A DNA stretch of 64,000 nucleotides from Malacoraja senta (Eukaryota): NCBI GenBank assembly GCA_038087875.1, contig CM075995.1, forward strand, positions 9,364,001 through 9,428,000. The letters are read 5' to 3'. How positions within the stretch are numbered: the stretch's first letter is position 1; the number at the start of each line of letters is the position of its first letter. The position numbers were made by a program, and so were the translations under genes. Positions 24,330 through 38,690 of the stretch are shown piece by piece. The notes below the pieces were generated by a model. That model was given only the letters and a program-made list of their open reading frames with translations. It did no database searches and was not told the DNA's origin.

Positions 24330-26040
24330 GAATAGACAATAGACATTAGGTGCAGAAGTAGGCCATTCGGCCCTTCGAGCCAGCATCGCCATTCGTGCGA
24401 TCATGGCTGATCATCCACAATCAGTACCCCGTTCCTGCCTTCTCCCCATATCCCCTGACTCCACTATTTTTAAGAGCCCTATCTAGCTCTCTCTTGAAAG
24501 CATCCAGAGAACCTTCCTCCACCGCCCTCTGAGGCAGAAAATTCCACAGACTCACCACTCTCTGAGAGAAAAAGTGTTTCCTCGTCTCCGTTCTAAATGG
24601 CTTACTCCTTATTCTTAAACTGTGGCCCCTGGTTCTGGACTCCCCCACCATCGGGAACATGTTTCCTGCCTCTAGCGTGTCCAAACCCTTAACAATCTTA
24701 TATATTTCAATGAGATCCCCTCTCATCCTTCTAAGCTCCAGAGTGTACAAGCCCAGCTGCTCCATTCTCTCAGCATATGACAGTCCCGCCATCCTGGGAA
24801 TTAACCTTGTAAACCTACGCTGCATTCCCTCAATAGCAAGAATGTCCTTCCTCAAATTAGGGGACCAAAATTGCACACAATACTCCAGGTGTGGTCTCAC
24901 TAGGGCTCTGTACAACTGCAGAAGGACCTCTTTGCTCCTATATCCGATTCCTCTTGGCCAACATGCCATTCGCTTTCTTCACTGCCTGCTGTACCTGCAT
25001 GCTTACTTTCATAGACTGATGTACAAGGACCCCCTAGATCCCGTTGTACTTCCCCTTTTCCCAACTTGACGCCATTTAGATAGTAATCTGCCTTCCTGTT
25101 TTTGCTACCAAAGTTTTGCTAACCTCACATTTATCCGCATTAAACTTCATCTGCCATGCATCTGCCCACTCCCCCAACCTGTCCAAGTCACCCTGCATTC
25201 TCATAGCACCCTCCTCACAGTTCACACTGCCACCCAGCTTTGTGTCATCTGCAAATTTGCTAATGTTACTTTGAATCCCTTCATCCAAATCATTGATGTA
25301 TATTGTAAATAGCTGCGGTCCCAGCACCGAGTTGTGATACCCCACTAGTCACTGCCTGCCATTCTGAAAGGGACCCGTTAATCCCTACTCTTTGTTTCCT
25401 GTCTGCCAACCACTTCTCTATCCATGTCAGCACCCTACCCCCAATACCATGTGCCCTAATTTTGCCCACTAATCTTCTATGTGGGACCTTATCAAATGCT
25501 TTCTAAAAGTCCAGGTACACTACATCCACAGGCTCTCCCTTGTCCATTTTCCTAGTTACATCTTCAAAAAATTCCAGAAGATTAGTCAAGCATGAATTCC
25601 CCTTCGTAAATCCATGATGGCTCGGACCGATCCTGTTACTGCTATCCAAATGTGCGGCTATCTCATCTTTTATAATTGACTCCAGCATCTTCCCCACCAC
25701 CGATGTCAGGCTAACTGGTCTATAATTCCCTGTTTTTTCTCTCCCGCCTTTCTTAAAAAGTGGGATTACATTAGCTACCCTCCAATTCACAGGAACTGAT
25801 CCTGAGTCTATAGAACATTGGAAAATTATCACCAATGCGTCCACGATTTCTAGAGCCACTTCCTTAAGTATCCTGGGATGCAGACCATCAGGCCCTGGGG
25901 ATTTATCAACCTTCAATCCCATCAGTCTATCCAACACCATTTCCTGCCTAATGTGGATTTCCTTCAGTTCCTCTGTCACCCCAGATCCTCTGTCCACTAC
26001 TATATCAGGAAGATTCTTTGTGTCCTCCTTAGTGAAGACA
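24330..26040 (-). mobile_element. CR1-clade LINE, about 1.7 kb of RT/ORF2, nested within another CR1 fragment (24030-24320 and 26041-26280 on +)
   Basis: ORFs with KSPGPDGLHPR, NYRPVSLTS, VYLDF, SKFADDTK and LVRPHLEYCVQFW. The flanking + strand element resumes after 26040. Confidence 0.9.
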
Positions 26041-26744
26041 GAGGAAAGATTTAATAGGAACCTGAGGGGCAATATTTTGACACAAAGGGTGGGGGGTGTA
26101 TGGAATGAGCTGCCGGAGGAGGTAGTTGAGGCAGGTACCAACACATTTAAGAACAATTTAGACAGGTTCATGGATGGGACAGGTTTAGAGGGATATGACC
26201 CAAATGCAGGCAGGTGGGACTAGTGTAGATAGCGTTGGTCAGCGTGGGCAAGTTGGGCCGAAGGGCCTGTTTCCACGCACTATGTTGTCTGTAGAATGGA
26301 TTTGTGAAGGCTAGAAAGTTAAAATGATTCAAATAATATGTAGAAAAAACAACTTAGAAACAAGGATACTGCAAATGCTGGTTTACAAAATAGACGCAAA
26401 GTGCTGGAGTAACTCAGCGGGTCATCGGGCATGGAGTAACTCAGCGGACAGCATCTCTGGAGAACATGGATATGTGATATTTTGGGTTGGGACTCTTCTT
26501 CAGACTGATTGTAGGGAGGGTAAGAAAGAGAGGCCTGGCATGTTGATATGGTTGAGGGAAGGGGTTTGATAGGCCGATGGTTGGACAGGCTAGTGATTAA
26601 AAGATAGGGCAGGTTTAGAGGGATATGGGCCAAATGCAGGCAGATGCAGATAGAATGGGTCTGTGGATATAATGGCAGTGTGGATATTTGAAAGGAGATA
26701 GAAGCGGGCACTAGTACAGATGGGGCATGTTGGCCGGTGCGGGC

Positions 26745-27420
26745 AAATCTGCCCATAGGGCAGTGAAGAAAGCTAATGGAATGTTGGCCTTCATAACAAG
26801 AGGATTTCAGTATAGGAGTAAAGAAATTCTTCTGCAGTTGTATAGGGCTCTGGTGAGACCACATCTGGAGTATTGTGTACAGTTTTGGTCTCCTAATTTG
26901 AGGAAGGACATCCTTGTGATTGAGGCAGTGCAGCGTAGGTTCACGAGATTGATCCCCAGGATGGCGGGACTGTCATACGAGGAAAGATTGAAAAGACTCG
27001 GCTTGTATTCACTGGAGTTTGGAAGGATGAGGGGAGTCTTATAGAAACATAAAATTTTAAAAGGACTGGACAAGCTAGATGCAGGAAAAATGTTCCCAAT
27101 GTTGGGCGAGTCCAGAACCAGGGGCCACGGTCTTAGAATAAAGGGGAGGTCATTTAAGACTGAGGTGAGAAAAAACTTTTTCACCCAGAGAGTTGTGAAT
27201 TTATGGAATTCCCTGCCACAGAGGGCAGTGAAGGCCAAGTCACTGGATGGATTTAAGAGAGAGTTAGAGAGAGCTCTAGGGGCTAGTGGAATCAAGGGAT
27301 ATGGGGAGAAGGCAGGCACGGGTTATTGATAGGGGACGATCAGCCATGATCGCAATGAATGGCGGTGTGGCTCAAAGGGCTGAATGGCCTCCTACTGCAC
27401 CTATTTTCTATGTTTCTATG
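26745..27420 (+). mobile_element. CR1-clade LINE 3' fragment
   Basis: KKANGMLAFI..LVRPHLEYCVQFWSP..NFFTQRVVNLWNSLP with a (TTTCTATG)n tail. Confidence 0.88.
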
Positions 27421-28422
27421 ACACCCGTACTAATCAAGAATCTATCTATCTTTCCCTTAAATATATCCACTGACTTGGCCTCCACAGCCGTCTGTGGCAA
27501 AGAATTCCACAGATTCACCACCCTCTGACAAAAGAAATTCATCCTCATCTTCTTCCTAAAAGAACATCCTTTAATTCTGAGGCTGTGACCTCTGGTTCTA
27601 GACTCTCCCACTAGTGGAAACATCCTCTCCACATCCACTCTATCCAGGCCTTTCACTATGTTTCAATGAGGTCCCTCTTATTCTTCTAAACTCCAGCGAG
27701 TACAGGCCCAGTGCTGTCAAATGATCATCATATGTTAACCTACTCATTCCTGGGATCATTCTTGTAAACCTCCTCTAGACCCTCTCCAGAGCCAGCACAT
27801 CCTTCCTCAGATATGGGGCCCAAAACTGCTCACAATATTCCAAATACGACCTGACCAGCTCCTTATAGAGCCTCAGCATTACATCCCTGTTTTTGTATAC
27901 TAGCCCTCTTGAAATAAATGCTAGCATTGCATTTGCTTTCTTTACTACCGATTCAATTTGCAGATTAACTTTTTGGGAATCCTGCACCAACACTCCCAAG
28001 TCCCTTAGCACGTCCGATTTCTGGATTCTCTCGCCATTTAGAAAATAATGACGCATTTATTCCTTCTACCACAATGCATGACTCCACACTTTACTGCACT
28101 ATATTCCATCTGCCACTTCTCTGCCCACTCTCCCAACCTGTCCAAGTTCTTCTGCAGAGTCCCTGCTTTCTCTACACTACCGGCCCCTCCACCTATTTTC
28201 GTATCATCCGCAAACTTGGCCACAAAGCCTTCAATCCCCTCGTCCAAATCATGGATATACAACGTGAAGAGTAGCGGCCCCAGCACCGACCCCTGCGGAA
28301 CTCCGCTAGTCACTGGCAGCCAACCAGAAAAACCTCCTTTATTGCCAGTCTTTGCCTTCTGCCATCCAGCCAACCTGCTATCCATGCTGGTATCTGTCCT
28401 TTGATACTGTGGGCTCTCATCT
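27421..28422 (-). mobile_element. CR1-clade LINE RT fragment
   Basis: GVPQGSVLGPLLFTLYI..KFADDTK and RDLGVLV..KKANAML. Confidence 0.88.
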
Positions 28423-29547
28423 TCAGAGAAGGAAATAGGCAAAGTTTTGTGTCTCTACCCGAACGTTGCCTATTTCATTCGCTCCATAGATGCTGCCTCA
28501 CCCGCTGAGTTTCTCCAGCATTTTTGTCTACCTTCGATTTTCCAGCATCTGCAGTTCTTTCTTAAACACTGAAAGTAAGATGTGCTAGAGAGGAATTTGT
28601 ATTTCACATTGTAATTCATACTCTGAGAAAAGCTGTGGGTGATTGATGCACCCTGTTCCAGATTTGCCTATGAAAAGCCAGTAAACAGCCTGAGTGGTGT
28701 TACGATTGGGAAATTAAACAGACTAAAACCAGACGACTTAATTGCTGCAGGACTGCTCCATCTGTTGGTGAAAGTAGGTATTCCTTTCTGTACAGGCATT
28801 AACATGCTGCTGGACCAGTACCTTTCTAACATGACCTTTAACTTCAAGTAATCGTTGCTTTCCCTCTCTCTCCATCCCTCCCCATACTAGTTCTGCGACC
28901 AGTCTGACAGTCTTCCTGGTTACATTTTATCTTTGTCTGCCTCGCTGTCATCTTCCCCTAGCTAACAATTCTACCTTTTCATTGATCCGCATCCCCTTTG
29001 ATCTCATTTTCGCACCTTACCCTTCCTTATCTCTGCGTCTTCCTCTCCCCTGACTCTCAGTTTGTAGAAGGGTCTCGACCCAAAACGTCAGCTATTCCTT
29101 TTCTCCGGAGTTGCTGCCTGTCCCGCTGAGTTACTCCAGCATTTTGTGCCTATCTTCAGTGTAAACAAGCATCTGCAGTTCCTTCCTGCACCTTTCTACT
29201 ACCCAAGTTCAATGCCTTTATCTTCACTGTTGACGTTTATGATTAAATCGCCCAAGCACTTGTTTTATGGTTTGTCTTTGATTGTGGCACTGTTCCGTTC
29301 CCAAATCACTTCCTTCCTCCATGCCCTGACCAACAAGCAAGAGATCCTGATGTGCAGTGGAGGCCTCTGGTTCAATCAGTTTAGTTTAGTTTATTATTAT
29401 TATTATTATTATTATTATTGTACATAGAAAACCTTTTGTTTGCATGCAATCCAGTCAAAGAAAAGACTATACATGATTACAATTGAGCCGTCCACAGTGT
29501 GCAGATAAAGGATATAACGTTTAGTGCAAGATAAAGTCAATTTTGTA

Positions 29548-29915
29548 TACCTTATAGAGGTGTACACAATCATGAGCGGAATAGATCGGGTAGATGCACA
29601 GAGTCTTTTACCCAGAGTAGGGGAATCGAGGACCAGAGGACATAAGGTGAAGGGGAAAAGATTTAATAGGAATCCGAGGGGTAACTTTTTCACACAGAGG
29701 ATGGTGGGTGAATGGAACAAGCTGCCAGAGGAGGTAGTTGAGGCTGGGACTATCCCATCGTTTAAGAAACAGTTGGACAGGTAGAGGGATAGGACATGTT
29801 TGGAGGGTTATGGACCAAGCGCAGACAAGTGGGAGGATTGTACCTGGGACATGTTGGATGGTGTGGGCAAGTTGGGCTGAAGGGCCTGTTTCCACACTGT
29901 ATCACTCTGTGACTA
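29548..29915 (+). mobile_element. CR1-clade LINE 3' fragment
   Basis: LIEVYTIM..ESRTRGH..NFFTQRMVGEWNKLPEEVV. Confidence 0.8.
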
Positions 29916-30729
29916 ATTAAAGTTCAAAGGTGTCCAATGAGGTAGCTGGGAGGTCATGACCGCACTCCAGCTGATGAAAGGATGGTTCAGTTGCTTTATT
30001 ACAGCTGGGGGAGAAAGTGTCCCTGAATCTAGAGGTCTCTATGCGTTTTCTATCATCTTTACCTCTTGCCCGATGGGAAAGGGGAGTAGAAAGAATGCCT
30101 GGGCTGACACTGGTCCTTGGCATTTGACTCATGTTAAACACTTCTTAATAAATGATTGCAGCTTGATGCAGCAATGATAAATAACAATGACTTGTAGCAT
30201 CTGACCCACAGCCAGAATGAAACCGGGTGTAGTCAATGATTTCCTTAAAGTGGGCCAACGGTATCATTGGGAATGATAAAGTTGGCAGCAGAAGATGTAA
30301 CTGGGGCGGGCGGGGGGGGGGGGGTCATTTTTGTAGATAAATGCTTGTCTGACTGGGTGATTGAGAAGGTGTTAGATAGATACAAAATGCTAGAGTAACC
30401 CAGCGGGTCAGGCAGCATCTCTAGACAAAAGGAATAGGTAGCACTTCTGTGACAAATGTATGTGACAAATAAACTTGACTTGACTTGACTTCGGGTCGGA
30501 ATCCTTCTTCAGACTGAAGAATGGTTCCGACCCGAAATGTCACCTATTCCCATTTGCTGGTCGGTGCGGTCTTGGTGGGCCGAAGGGCCCGTTTCTGCAC
30601 TGTATCTCTAAAACAAAAAAAACTAAAAGATGTAACTATGTGTTGCTGTGTGACCTATTACAGTTATTGGTACGGCAGCGAAAACTAAGAACAAATTTGA
30701 TTTCTTAACTTAACTTTGTTTTTTCGTAG

Positions 30730-33700
30730 AATTCCAAGAGCCGAGAAGAAAAGGAAAACCAAACGCAGCTAAAGGTGTAAAGCGAAAGAAAGTGGTGGCT
30801 GAAAATGTGACGAAGAAAATCCCCAAATCATTTGTGAAAACTCTGTTAAAATTCAGTAAGGATGGGCAAAGTGCGGAGGCAGCCATTTCTGTCGATGGTG
30901 TCCCAACTGCTGCTTCACCATTGAATAAGGAACCTTTGCTTGACCAAAATGGTGGATTGGAGAGAGAAGGAGAACTCGGGCAAGAATATTGTGAGGACCT
31001 AAACTTTGGCGGTGAGGAGACGGTGGCTAGGGCGGGCAAACCACTGCAGAAAAAGATCTTGGCCTCACAGCATTCAGTCGAGTCGTGCAACAGATCTCCA
31101 AATTGGAAAGCTCGCCAACTGGACACTGATGCAACCTTGAAATTGTTGGTGTCGGAGAAGCCCCCCTCGCCATCCTACGAGCGCCCGCAACATCAGATTC
31201 AATGTCTCTCTCTGCTGCGTAAGCATTGGATCATCAAAGCCGAGAGCAAAAGCTGCAGTGCGAATGGGAGCTCCCCTTACGCTAGCTCTGCTTTCGACGT
31301 CCTGTTGAAGGCGATGGAGCCGGAACTGAAAACTCTGTCCAAGGTGAAGTTTCCTGCAGCCGACTCGGGCTCCAGGAAGTGGGACGACGGCATCGTATCC
31401 CAGGGGGCGTCGGGTGGAACATCATCAGTCACCGCACAGTCCCCCAGCCGGCCCTCTGCATGTAAATCTGAATTAGCAGCGGACCCACTATACTATTCCA
31501 ATGCCGCTCAAGTTGTGGCCAAATCAGAGAACAGACAGCAAGGAGCGGGCCAGCCTACGTCTCACCTACACTACCAGCAGGCACGGCATGTTCTGCATGT
31601 TAAACAAGAGCAACAACATGCCTCACCTCCCAGGTTTAACGGATCACCCACACACCAGCAGAATCAAGGCAAGCACCATTTCCAACCCACCTACAATTTG
31701 ACCATGACCTCCCTCGGTCAGTCTCAGACCACTGGCATGCCATATAGACTACATCAAAGCCAGCTTCTGGTCAATTCAAATCAGCACATGGCCCATAATC
31801 CACCTAATAGTGATCAGAAGGGATCTAGTTACAAGCATCTCCAGTTGACGTCTGTCCTCAACTCTGGGGTGGAACAAGCATGCAATAGTTTGCTGAAGGA
31901 CCAGAAGCCTAAAAAGCAGGGGAAGTATATTTGCGAGTACTGTAACAGGGCATGTGCCAAGCCGAGCGTTCTCCAGAAACACATTCGTTCTCACACCGGG
32001 GAACGGCCATACCCTTGTGTTACCTGTGGCTTTTCATTCAAGACCAAAAGCAACTTGTACAAGCACAAGAAGTCTCACGCTCACGCGATCAAGCTGGGTC
32101 TCGTCTTGAGGTCAGGGGGCAGCAGTACTTCAGTATCGCAGGACTCTGAGCGGGGGGTCAGCATGCAGTCAGACGTGGAGGAGAGCTGTGACAGTGAGGC
32201 CGACTCCACGTCGGAGGAAAGATATTTTGACCAGAAGCACTGCGAGCAGGATGCCGCACAAGTGTCCAGCGACGCGTCCCATTCAGAGGCAGCTGCAGCC
32301 TTCCCCGGGGACCTCTCGTCCTCCTCCAGCAAGCTGGGAAACAAAGTTGGCGGCTACGACTCCTACGAGTCTGTCGCCACGCACGAAGGGACGGAGTCGA
32401 GAGTTGCAGCCGCGTTGCCGAAGGTGGTGGTCTACCCGGTGAACGTTTCCCCCGCCAGGGCTGACAGTCCGCGGGTAACGGGAGCGGCTCCAGAACCAGT
32501 CAACCTGCAGCAGCAGGTAAACCCGCAGGCCGCCAAAATGGAGCCCACCTCGGCTTGGGCGACTTGGACGAAGCAAGACCCCGGTGGAAACGGCAAGCAG
32601 CAGGTGGAAATGAGCCCGCCGGAGGAAGACAAGGCCCAGTCAGTGGCTCCGCACGGCCAGCTTCAAAGGCAGCAGGCCACCGAACAGGGCAAGCATCACT
32701 TGAGCCCTCGAAGTTTAGGGAGCACTGATTCGGGTTATTTCTCCCGTTCCGAGAGTGCGGATCAACAAATGAGCCCACTCAGCCCCTTTGTCAAGTCACT
32801 GGCCACCACCGAGGGCACGTTTCCTTGTCCACCTCACAGCAATCAAATCATGGCCACCGTGTTACAGATGAACTCCGTCTCAGTTGAGAAGCTGTCCAAA
32901 TCCACAGCTCCGGTTCGTGCTCAGATAGTAAATAAGATGCTTGAAGAACGCATTTCCAAGTTGATATCCGACAATGAAGCAGTAGTGGACGATAAACAGC
33001 TGGATAGTGTCAAACCAAGAAGAACATCTCTTTCTAGAAGAGGAAGCATAGACTCTCCGAAACCATATACGTTCAAAGATTCATTCCAATTCGATCTACG
33101 GCCCCTTCATTCTGGAAGAAGAACAAGTTCCAGTTCTGATATCCCCAAGTCCCCTTTTACACCCACTGACAAGTCAAAGCAAGTCTTCCTCTTGTCGGTT
33201 CCTCCTCCGTTTCCTTCTCTTGACTGTTTGCCCATCACCAGAAGCAATTCCATGCCCGCTACTCCAGCAAACTCTGCCGTGCTCGCCAACGTAACACCAG
33301 CCGCTCACCCGCTCCGAGGGAGCCAGTCGTTCGACGAGAAAATGGCCGGTTCATTTAGCGACGAGGTCTTCATACCCGGACCGCAGACGCCCATGCAGCT
33401 TGTCCACCCCCGGACCCTTGTCAGGCAGACCGCAGTGGAAGACCCGTCGACCGGCGAGGGCCAGGGCTTTGCCTCCACTCGATCCATGGACGAGGGTTTC
33501 CAGAGGAGCGCCTTGGCCGCGGGGCTTCTGATGCCGAGGAGCAAATCGTTTGAGCACGGGACACGAGCGCAGGAGAAGGGGAGAAAGCCGCAAGGCCGAG
33601 GCTCCATGTACGAGTGCGAGACGTGCAGAAACAGGTACAGGAAGCTGGAGAACTTTGAGAACCACAAGAAGTTCTACTGCTCAGAGCTTCACGGGCCGAA

Positions 33701-36700
33701 GGTTAAACCCATGGCCACAAAAGATTCGGAGCAGGAGGCAATATCGCGCAGTATGTCCCCTCAGTTGCTACACTACAGGGTGATGGGAGCGGCGGGGGTA
33801 CTCCAGCAACCACCGAAGATGAGGAAAAGGAAGAAAATTAAAAGTATTGGTGATGACGAGGAACCTCCGCCCAGCGTGGGCACCGGGAACAAGGAACCTA
33901 TGTCGGATCGGTTAGGTGCCGCTGCCGTTGATGCATCTCACCGGAACAAGGTAACCGGTAGTATCCCATCCACGAGCGTTAGGGCAAAAACTCCACCAGG
34001 AGAACACCTCCAGGCGGGCGACAAGGAACATTCCCCAGAGGACCCGGTGTCCTTCAGCAACGAGATTCAAACCAAACCATTACCCTCACCGTCCCAAGAA
34101 CGAGAGCTAAGTAGAACCAGCAGTGGCGTGTCTGTAATCCAGCACACTAATTCGTTGAGTAGACCCAGTTCATTTGAACACTCGGAATCTGTGGACAAAA
34201 GTTCTCCCGTCCCCGTGCAAGAGAAAGAGGCCCATCGTGAAACGGTGCAGCTCTCACTGTTCACGAGTGAGAAAGAAGATGCCTGCAGCCAGCCCACTTG
34301 CCAACAGCAACCCAACCCCGGGATAGCGAGGGCAGCAACCTGCGAGCTGTCGACATCGTCGTCAGCTGATTGCTCGTCGCTGCAGCCGTTGAGGCTGGTG
34401 CGGCAACGTAACATCCAGGTGCCGGAGATTTTGGTGACAGAGGAGCCGGACCAGGAGCAGGAGGCGCAAGGCAACGAGCAGGCAGAGAAATTCCACTGGC
34501 CGCAGAGGAGCGAGACTCTCTCAAACCTACCGACCGAGAAGCTGCCACCGAAAAAGAAACGGATCCGCTTGGCTGAGATGGAGCACTCATCCGGGGAATC
34601 CAGCTTCGACTCCACCCTATCCAGGAGCTTCAGTCAGGATAGCAACCTGTCTTGTTCCAGTCTCTCCGCCTCATTTGATAAGGAGGACCTTCCAAGGACT
34701 GAAAGCCCTTCGAAGCTGGAAGCACTTAGTAAGTCGCCCGAGCTGGCTCTGGTCAGTCGTTCAAATACCCTTGGTGTTCCCAACGCACATTACAGAGAGA
34801 TGAGACGAGCTGCGTCTGAACAGAACAGCAGCGTGCCTTCCTCTACAGAGGTCACCACAGGGATCCGGAGCAAGTCATTTGATTGTGGTATCATATCCAC
34901 AACAATATCTCCATCGCCAGAGGTTTCTATGGAAATTATCTCCACAGTGGCTTCTGAAATATTTGCTTCTGGCTCGGTCTCCCTGATCGAGAGGAGAAGA
35001 GGTCCTCTTTTACGGCAGATGTCTTTGAGCATTGGCCCAGATATTCCCCAACCTCAGGTTTTGGCTTCCAGTTTATTCCACCAAAACCTAACTCTGCAGG
35101 TAGCGGCCCTGCCACAACTCAAGCGGTCCTTATCGAATAGGTTATCCCCCGTGTCCTTCTTAACTTCACATCACCCATTGTCATATGTGACGCAAGTAGT
35201 ACACCCTGAGCCACAGTCTTCAGTACGAGAAATAAACGCAAATAACCAAATCCAAGTCAAACAACCTTTTGTTCAAACATCTTCTCTTGATCAGAGGTCT
35301 GAGACATGTTGCGTTGCCCAAGGAAACCTAACAGTAATGCCTGCAAAAATAACAGATCAACAGAAATTGTGCTCAATTATATCTCTTCCTCCTGGAAATG
35401 AACATAACATATATGCTCCTAAATATCAGCTTCAAATTGTTCAAAGCCAATCCTGCCAGGCGTGTGTTCTTCCTCATGTTACAACCCAGTCGTCAGTCAT
35501 TCCCCTATCTATTCCACTCGCTCTCAGATCAAGTGCGGTCACTCCCAATATTACAACTAAATCTCTGGAGATGATCTCAAACTTGTACTTGGTCCCCCCA
35601 GTTCAGCATGTCCACCCTGGCCAGGTACTGCCTGCTGCTTCACTGATCAGGCCCGTTGGCATCCAGTGCACACAACCCACGTACAACACGGCCATTCATT
35701 CAACCTTGCCTCAGATTCTGGTCACACAAGATCAAACCAACCAGCAAGCCCTGGTCATCTGTAAATTCGACCATCCAATAAATTCAAACGCTCCTGAGGA
35801 TTATCTGGAAGCCCAAAAGAATAAAATTAAGATGTCTGCTATTGCGGAAAATTGTCACTCCCTTATCGAAAGTCGAACTGCACTCGTGGCAAGTGTATCC
35901 AAAATGGCGTCGGACTGTCTGCTTGCGCAAGAACCGACAGGAACGAGTAAACGCATGCTGTCGCCAGCAAATAGTTTAGATATTGCGATGGAAAAACACC
36001 AGAAACGGGTTAAGGATGAAAACGGCTCTGCAAGTTCTGGTAAAGTGACACAGGTGCTGTTACAAAGCACCAAATCTGTTGAAATGAATAAGCTGAAGAA
36101 GCCCATGTTGGTGAGGCAGCATTGCACAACCGATCAACTGGAGAGCTCGCTGCCTGCTGAGCAGGAAGGCCCTCTGAAAAACAACTCGCAAATCTTAGAG
36201 CTCAACAGCTCGCCAACAAAGCCTCTTCACCAGCTGCCAGCTCTGTCTAAAGAAACTTTGGAGTCTGAGGGTTCTACCTCTTCTTCGGGGACTGTGATTC
36301 AAAAATCACCCAGAATCGCTTTCTCCACTTCCCCACAGGCAATTACTACTCTGTCAAAATCAGTCACTAATACTCAGGGTGATACGCCTGCATCCAGTAA
36401 CGACCAAATACAACTAGTAAACAGTCAAGCCCAAATCAAAATGAGAGTTTCCTTCCCAGTCACAAGTACGCGAGACGTACAATGTGCCACACTCTCCACT
36501 CTGAAGACCTCAACAAATTTTAGTTGGTGTTACCTAAAAAAGTGCAAGCCGTTACATACCCAGCAGGTGGACAAAAAACTCTCTGCCTACTCAACTTGGC
36601 ACATCAGCCCTCACAATCCCAATCCATTGGGATTACCCACTAAAGTCATACTTGGTCTTCTCAACTCAAAGCAGAAGATCAAAAAAACTATGTACACGCA

Positions 36701-36770
36701 AGCGAAAAACACGCTGCTTCATTCTGGCATATTGGTGTCTTCAAGCAAATGGAAAGCTGACAAATCCAAG
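30730..36770 (+). CDS. HIVEP1: HIVEP1 large coding exon (6041 nt) with N-terminal ZAS C2H2 pair, central C2HC finger and Ser-rich regions
   Basis: 2024-aa ORF 30792-36866. Acceptor ttttcgtag at 30729 and donor AAG|GTATTA at 36771. HIVEP1-type motifs KGVKRKKVVAEN, AFDVLLKAMEPEL, KDQKPKKQGKYICEYCNRACAKPSVL, STDSGYFSRSES, RYRKLENFENHKKFYC, EKLPPKKKR. Confidence 0.96.
31926..32084 (+). other. HIVEP1: First pair of C2H2 zinc fingers (N-terminal ZAS domain)
   Basis: YICEYCNRACAKPSVLQKHIRSH-TGERP-YPCVTCGFSFKTKSNLYKHKKSHAH, followed by acidic and Ser-rich segments. Confidence 0.95.
33609..33680 (+). other. HIVEP1: Isolated central C2HC zinc finger
   Basis: YECETCRNRYRKLENFENHKKFYC, followed by a basic NLS-like segment KMRKRKKIK. 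Confidence 0.9.
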
Positions 36771-38690
36771 GTATTAATCATTTTACTTGACCAATCTCTT
36801 CTAGTCTTGCTAATGGTTTGGCAGAGAAGGCTGAATGGCGTCGAGGCCAATATAGGACAGGCTTAGAAGCCATGAGTTCAGAGAGGATTTGATGAAGATA
36901 TTAGTGTCACATAAAATGACTACTTACAATTTCAATAGACAATAGGGGCAGGAGTAGGCCATCCGGCCCTTCGAGCCAGCACCGCCATTCAATGTGATCA
37001 TGGCTGATCATCCACAATCAGTACCCCGTTCCTGCCTTCTCCCCATATCCCCTGACTCCGCTATCTTTAAGCGCTCTATCTAACTCTCTCTTGAAAACAT
37101 CTAGAGAATTGGCCTCCACTGCCTTCTGAGGCAGAGAATTCCACAGATTCACAACGCTCTGTGTGAAAAAGTTTTTCCTCGTCTCCGCTCTAAATGGCTT
37201 ACCCCTTATTCTTAAACAGTGGCTCCTGGTTCTGGACTTCGGCCCTACTTGCCAACATGTCCCATCTACACGTCCCATCTGCCTGCATTTGGTCCATATC
37301 CCTCTAAACCTGTCCTATCCATGTACCTATCTAAATGTTTCTTAAACGTTGTGACAGTACCTGCTTCAATCACCTCCACCGGCAGCTCGTTCTATACACG
37401 TCCCACCCCTTGCATGAAAAGGTTCACTGCATGTCATGTTGTCACTAGCGGGCGGAGCACCAAGGCAAATTCCTTGTATGTGAATATTGGGCCAATAAAC
37501 TTATTCATTCATTCATTCTTAGATTTCTATTAAATCTTTCCCCCCTCACCTTAAACCTATGTCCTCTGGTTCTCGATTCCCCTACTCTGCGTGAGAGTCT
37601 CTGTGTGTCTACCCGATGGATTCCTCTCATGATTTTATACACCTCTAATATTATGTACACCTCTCTAAGATCAAGTTAGTATAACTCGAGCTGAAGACAC
37701 ATAGTCTGAAGAAGGGTCTCGACCCAAAATGTTACTCTTTCATTCTCTCCAGACATGCTGCCTTTCCTGCTGAGTTACTCCAGTATTTTGTGTCTATCAT
37801 CAGTGTAAACCAGCATCTGCAGTTCCTTCCTGTGCTTGAAACAGACAATAGGTGCAGGAGTAGGCCATTCGGCCCTTCGAGCCAGCACCGCCATTCAATG
37901 CTGATAGTGGGTGAGGATGTGTAGAGGTAGTCAGGGCTCAGGTGAGGGAAAAGTTTGAGGTGACAAGGAAGAGGTCAAGGCTGTACAAACATAACCATAT
38001 GATCAATGAAATATGAGACGGGAAGGGACAGAGAGCATAATGGTGCATCAGTATACAAAGATATTTCAGGGAAAATTATTCAAATTAAAAGCACAAATTG
38101 TGACAAATTGTTTTGAGGTTAAAGTCATTAGAGAGATGTGGATACATGCTGACAATGTTTAGAGCTTAAATATTGGAAAGTAATTAGATTTAGAGAGATT
38201 GACAAAATAGAAAAGGAGCCAGTCAAGAGAGAGCCCTGTTATTAAAAGATAACATAAGTTCAAAGGTTGAAAATGAAATAATACGGATGGAAATAAGAGC
38301 TAAATGATTAGAACCCTTTTGCAGGGTGGAAATGTCGCACTAGAGGAAATAGAGAATGTTAAGTTGAGACGGGCAAAGTTTAAAGGAGATGTGAGGAGGT
38401 AGTTATTTTACACAATGGGTGCCCAGCATGAGATGCTGGAGAAGGCAGATATGATAGTGGTGTTTAAGAGGCACATGGACATGCAGGGAATGGAGGGATA
38501 TGGATCGCATGCAGGCAGAGGCGATTACTTTAACTTGGCATCAGGTTAAATTGCAAGTTGAATAGATAGTAAGGAAGGCAAATGCAATGTTAGGATTTAT
38601 TTCGAGAGGACTGGAGTATAAAAATAGGGATGTAATGCTGAGGCTCTACAAGGCACTGGTCAGTGCATTTGGAGTATTGTGAGCAATTTT

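Noticed and set aside
30792..30794. Predicted start of the long ORF
   Set aside because: It is an internal GTG (Val). The frame is open back to the acceptor at 30730 and joins the exon at 7482-7565.
30710..36127. Antisense and alternate-frame ORFs within the large exon
   Set aside because: Expected shadows of a GC-rich coding sequence, with no independent signatures.
36771..36866. C-terminal 31 aa of the 2024-aa ORF (VLIILLDQSLLVLLMVW...), which looks hydrophobic
   Set aside because: It is intron read-through past the donor at 36771. HIVEP1 homology continues in the exon at 39715.
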